Below are positions 59,739 through 64,000 of a stretch of DNA of 64,000 nt, in pieces. Location of the stretch: positions 2,722,936 to 2,786,935 of the forward strand of contig CBDCNM010000002.1 in assembly GCA_965219385.1 (NCBI GenBank). The letters run 5' to 3'. Numbering within the stretch: position 1 is the first letter of the stretch; each line of letters starts with the position of its first letter. Position numbers and translations under genes: made by a program. The notes beneath the pieces were generated by a model. That model saw nothing but the letters and a program-made list of their open reading frames with translations, did not search any database and had not been told where the DNA came from. Origin of the DNA: Candidatus Latescibacterota bacterium. Its GTDB lineage: Bacteria; Latescibacterota; UBA2968; UBA8231.

Positions 59739-59766
59739 AATATACAAATTGTATATACATAATCAA
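59739..59766 (-). promoter_or_regulatory. brnTA promoter with overlapping palindromic operator
   Basis: TTGATT-16bp-TATATT; IR ATATACAA-n-TTGTATAT at 59740-59756. Confidence 0.6.
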
Positions 59767-59831
59767 GTGCCTCCAGAGCAATACGCGCCCATCACTCCAG
59801 CCCTAAAGGAAGGTCGCGCGGCGAACTCGAA

Positions 59832-60240
59832 CTACGGCTGCGGCGGGGTCCTCGGCGGGGGCCGAGCCGGTAGCCCGACCCCGTCCAGATAGCGTCGGAT
59901 CCAGGGCAGATCGGTCAGGGCGGCGATGATCCTTAGGCGACCGCCACAGGCCGCGCATGGGCTGAGCTCGGCGGCAAACACCCGCGCGAGCAGGGCCGCC
60001 CACCCCAGCCGAGGACCGCAGGACGGACCGCTCGAATCGCGGTCCGCAGCCGGCGACTCCTCCACCCGGCTTCGAGAGCACGATGCGGTCGCGGGCCCGG
60101 GCACGGGGCGCCAGGACACCGTGGTAGCGTAGGAGATGGAACCGGGGGGGGACCAGAGCCGCCAGCTTCTCCAGTAGTTTTGGCGAGAGCAGGAGATGGC
60201 TCGTCCCATCCGACCCCGACGTTTTGAGCGCGAAGGAAAG
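59832..60240 (-). pseudogene. IS91-like (Y2) transposase C-terminal remnant
   Basis: SDGTSHLLLSP..LEKLAALVP..FHLLRYHGVLAP and WAALLARVF...C..CGG.LRIIA across frameshifts. Confidence 0.75.
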
Positions 60241-60327
60241 TTGGCTTCCCCGTGCGTCCCTTGGTATACACGAAAGCGGACGTCAGCCCGACACAATACA
60301 AGTCGGCCGGCAATGAAGGCGTCGGTA

Positions 60328-61200
60328 TTAGTCAGAAAGAGTGCGATAAAACGCTCCCATATACTTCGTTAAATCGATGTTATTCCAAAGGCATTTTTCA
60401 CTGAGTGCGTTGATCAGAATCCATAACAATAGCAGTTCATTTTCTTCTCCGTGTATCCATATATGATCGGCCGGCACCTTCGTTCCTTTCAAGGCGGGTG
60501 AATTTAGTACACTCTGAAACGGAAGCGCATCGAGATGTACATACCCCCTACCAAGAACAAATATCCCATCAATAAAATGGTGATGAAAAAATTCTCTGTC
60601 TTTCCCTGGGGTGTTCCTCAGCTGGCCTAAATTATATTCGTCCTCTGCAGAAATTTCTTTCATCCAGTTAAAGATTGTCTTGATTTGAGACGGTCCATCA
60701 TATGCGAAAACAAAACAGTATGGCCGGGGGTTTTTCACCATTCCTGTTGGGTTGAACTTCTGAGGTTCCATTTTCAGATTGCCCTTTATCGTTTTAGCCG
60801 TTTTAGCCGCCTTCCTTACGTGATCTTTTTTTAAGTTGGATTTGATTTCTATGAAAGAAGACACCGTTTCCCCGAAAAACAGATCAACTCCCGCCGCCAA
60901 CGAGATTTTCGGATAACGATTATTGTGAATCACAACGTCGATTTGATTCCGCCGGTCACCCGGCTTGGAACCTGCATGTATGATCTCCCCCGTTCCAATT
61001 CCTGTCAACGGTGAAGAGTTATGCGATAAGAACTCTCGAATGAATGCCTCTCGTATTTGTCCTCTGTTCGTCCCCTGGTCAAATGACCTCGCTACTGCCC
61101 CCTCGGCTTCGAGCCTCCTAGCTATTCTCGCGAAATGGGCTTGGATCAACGATAGTTTCTTCTCCGTATTACCAGAATCTCGATCTACTCTATCGTTCAT
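60328..61200 (-). CDS. DUF6602-like putative PD-(D/E)XK nuclease, low GC
   Basis: GQIRE..IREFL, GTGEII, NQIDVVI, IEIKS.L. Confidence 0.7.
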   Translation of the reverse strand: MNDRVDRDSGNTEKKLSLIQAHFARIARRLEAEGAVARSFDQGTNRGQIREAFIREFLSHNSSPLTGIGTGEIIHAGSKPGDRRNQIDVVIHNNRYPKISLAAGVDLFFGETVSSFIEIKSNLKKDHVRKAAKTAKTIKGNLKMEPQKFNPTGMVKNPRPYCFVFAYDGPSQIKTIFNWMKEISAEDEYNLGQLRNTPGKDREFFHHHFIDGIFVLGRGYVHLDALPFQSVLNSPALKGTKVPADHIWIHGEENELLLLWILINALSEKCLWNNIDLTKYMGAFYRTLSD

Positions 61201-61248
61201 TATTGATTTCTCGCCCTTTTCCGTATTGGGTGATCTGTCGGAACCATT

Positions 61249-61545
61249 ATGAATGAACCCCTAACCTACACAGCGACGCGTTGGGCGTCGGAACCTGAAA
61301 GGGGGCTACAGTTATATTATACTGCCAAGTCGCCGGATACACCGACGCCCGTCAAGATGATGATATACTCGGCTCTTGTCTATCTAATAATTCCCCTGGA
61401 CACTGTGCCCGACCCTCTGCCGGGAGGGTATCTTGATGATTTGGGGGCATTGGGGGCCACCTTGGTAGCGGCTTCTGCCTATGTCACCTCAGGAATCAAG
61501 AAGAAAGCGGCATCGGAAGCCAATAGGTGGATTGAGAAAGAATAA
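61249..61545 (+). pseudogene. DUF1232 (YkvA-like) protein, probably 5'-truncated
   Basis: TP..VK..IY.AL.YLI.PLD..PD.LPGGYLDD. Confidence 0.7.
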
Positions 61546-61607
61546 CTGCTTAGTGTTTCATTTCACAACTATGGTATCGTATTGACAAGAGAAAGCGGTT
61601 TTATCAA

Positions 61608-62575
61608 GATCGGTTGGCTGGTTTAGAAGACCAGCCACGCAGTGGGCGTCCGCCCGATTTTTCCCCCTCAGGTCGTCGCCAAGGTGAAAGCCTTGGCCTG
61701 TGAGATTCCCTCAACTAGGGATGTGCCCCTATCTCGATACAGCACGGGTGAGTTGGCGCGTGAGGTCATAGATAGCGGGCTTGTAGCAACAGTGAGTGCC
61801 TCAACGGTCTGGCGGTGGCTGCATGAAGATGCCCTACGCCCTTGGCGCCACCGCAGGTGGATTTTTCCGCGGGATCCCCAGTTCGAGGACAAGGCAGCGC
61901 GGGTGTTGGATTTATACCACGGCGTCTGGCAGAGTCAACCTCTTGGAAAGGATGACTCTGTGCTCTGCGCCGATGAAAAGACCAGCATTCAAGCACGTTG
62001 CCGCACGCAGGCCAGTGTGCCCCCCAATGCCCATCACCCGATGCTGATCGAACACGAATATGAACGGAAAGGGGCCTTGGCTTACCTGGCTGCTTGGGAT
62101 GTGCATCGCGCCAAACTCTTTGGACGATGCGAACCTAAAACAGGGATTGCCCCTTTCCATCGGCTCGTGACACAACTGATGCGTCAAGCCCCTTATTGCA
62201 ACGCCAAGCGAGTTTTTCTCATTGTGGACAATGGCTCGTCTCATCGCGGACAGGCCTGTATCCAAAGGCTGCAAAAAGCCTGGCCAAGCCTGGTGCCTGT
62301 GCATTTGCCTGTCCATGCCAGTTGGCTTAACCAAATCGAAATCTACTTCTCTATCGTTCAGCGAAAGGTGCTAACACCCAACGATTTTGACGCGCTATCG
62401 GCTTTGGAAGACCGCTTGCTGGCTTTCCAGAATCGCTACGAAGCAACGGCTCAGCCGTTTGCTTGGAAATTCACCCAGTCAGATCTGAGTACGTGTATGG
62501 CACGGCTCTCTGGAGACCAACACTGGAATCACGCCGCATAATATACGTAACAATGCTTATGAAGTGAACCACTTA
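61608..62575 (+). mobile_element. IS630-family element lacking most of OrfA
   Basis: GLEDQPRSGRPP tail, TTTTTTCCCCC slippery site, DEKT, DNGSSH, LPVHASWLNQIE. Confidence 0.88.
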
Positions 62576-62643
62576 GTTAGCGATATAAGCCCCAAAAAAA
62601 AGGCCCTTGGACCCTCTGTCAAGGCGCTAAGCGCAAGTAAGGG

Positions 62644-62949
62644 TCAGGTACGCTCCCTGATGATCGTTTCAGGTCCTTCGGCAATGCTTGCAGTACGGTT
62701 TTGGTGCCTTTCGCCACGTATCGGGGTCAACTCGGTACTCGAGGGGGCACCTGAGGGCGCACCAAGCCGTACGGCCGGCGCCGGAGAGCCGTACGTGCGG
62801 ATGATCGTAGAGGTAGACGTTCGATGCGGGTCGACCTCGGGTGTGGGGCGATCTATATCATCTACGTTCCAGGTGCCCATGCGCGGGGCGAGATCGTATA
62901 ACATTCCGGTCCAACCCAGCCCAATGACGCCACCGCGATATTTGCTCAT
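62644..62949 (-). pseudogene. Gfo/Idh/MocA-like N-terminal remnant
   Basis: GAGG RBS, MSKYRGGVIGLGW.G Rossmann start, then degenerates. Confidence 0.55.
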
Positions 62950-63018
62950 TGGGTTCCTCCTCTTCCGAGCCCTTGGTCCAACCGATTAGCGCCTGTATAT
63001 AAACCAGCACAACTTGGC

Positions 63019-63240
63019 GTGCCACTACTGGTGGACCAGCGCTACGAACTGATGGGCTTCGATGGGAGCAAGAGCTTTGCACCCGTCGTGACGCTGGACA
63101 TGATTTTCCCGAAGCGCGTATTCCGAGGCCGATATCTATTGATCGAAGAGGCGTGCGGAATTCTGGGTCGGGACATTCTCAACCATGTAGCTTTGCTTTT
63201 GGATGGTCCGCAACGGCAATGGGTGGAGCATACTCTGTAG
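63019..63240 (+). pseudogene. C-terminal fragment of a retropepsin-like small protein
   Basis: ILGRDILNH..LLLDGP tail; no DTG motif. Confidence 0.5.
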
Positions 63241-63297
63241 CTGGCGAAAGCGGAACGACAACCGGGACTTGCGATTATCGCACCGGAGCGTGAGTGA

Positions 63298-64000
63298 ATG
63301 GCCAACGACGAAATGCTACGGGCTGCGCCGCCTGGCGGCGCAGCGCCCCCGCCCCCTGATACTGGACGACGACGGCGATCTGGTTTATGACCAGCCCACC
63401 CCACAGGACCCCGAGGCCTTTACGCGGCTGCGCCACACGGACCTGATCGACGCGGCCGTCGACAGGCTCGCCTAGTGCATGAGTGGGGCATTGCCAAGGG
63501 GACGGCGGATTCGGTGCGCTACTGGCAGACCCAGAAACTGGGAACGCCCTTCCAGGCCAACATGCCGGATCCGACCCCGGTCGTGGAGGAATTCTGCCGC
63601 CGGCACGGGATCGAGGTCTTCGGTTCCCTGCGCATGAACGATTGCCACGACGCCTTCGGCATGCCGTCGCCGAGACTGCTGTATCCGCTCAAGGTGGCGC
63701 ACCCGGAATTCCTGCTGGGCGACGAAAGCCAGCGCGGCGGTGTCGAGGACGGCCTGGTAGCGGCCATGTGGTCCGGCCTGAACTACGCCCTGCCGGAAGT
63801 GCGGGAGGATCGTCTCTGGTGGGTCGAACACACGGCATCGGCCTACGATCTGGACGGCATCGATCTGAATTTTTTCCGCATGCCCCGGGTGTTCAAACTG
63901 GGCGAGGAGGCCGACAACATATCGGTAATGACCGGTAATGACGGAGTTCATCCGGCGGGCGCGGCAGATTGTCGACAGGGCCGCGGCGCAGCGGCAGCGC
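63298..64000 (+). pseudogene. GH10-like protein pseudogene (paralog of 53665-55281)
   Basis: LILDDDG, SLRMNDCHD, HPEFL, YDLDGIDLNF; in-frame TAG at 63473, frameshifts, CGGTAATGAC duplication. Confidence 0.75.

Noticed and set aside
61256..61287. Integron attC site (CCCTAAC...GTTGGGC) near the DUF6602-like gene
   Set aside because: Too short, no L boxes, no integrase, and no matching site after the gene.
1..64000. CRISPR arrays, tRNA or rRNA genes, and many long antisense ORFs in the track
   Set aside because: No regularly spaced repeats or RNA-gene signatures were seen; the antisense and alternate-frame ORFs are shadows of GC-rich genes.

Overview
GC-rich bacterial chromosomal window. Gene content (many PhyH-type Fe/2OG dioxygenases, TIM-barrel sugar isomerases, ASPIC/UnbV, GH10-like and BNR proteins) suggests a Latescibacterota/Poribacteria-like heterotroph; this is inference only. 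Left part: glcD-cupin-glcE with a D-cysteine-desulfhydrase-like gene, an ABC exporter plus DUF1854, map, dnaE, an inserted type II R-M pair (SPPY methylase plus PaeR7I/XhoI-like nuclease), an RND efflux operon and a TPR/HEAT/FGE-fold/ASPIC cluster. Middle: catabolic genes, including a three-subunit molybdo-hydroxylase, several Fe/2OG dioxygenases and an egtD-TauD pair. Right part: two IS graveyards (IS4, IS3, IS66, IS5, IS630 x2, IS91-like) with BrnT/BrnA, a DUF6602-like nuclease candidate and many pseudogenes. Highlights: (1) a PhyH-family enzyme with H-x-G instead of H-x-D, the Fe/2OG halogenase signature; (2) an egtD translationally coupled to a TauD/TfdA dioxygenase with no egtB in the window; (3) a five-copy, modular, hairpin-forming MITE-like element found at or near gene truncations. 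All family calls come from motif recognition by eye; no database searches were run.
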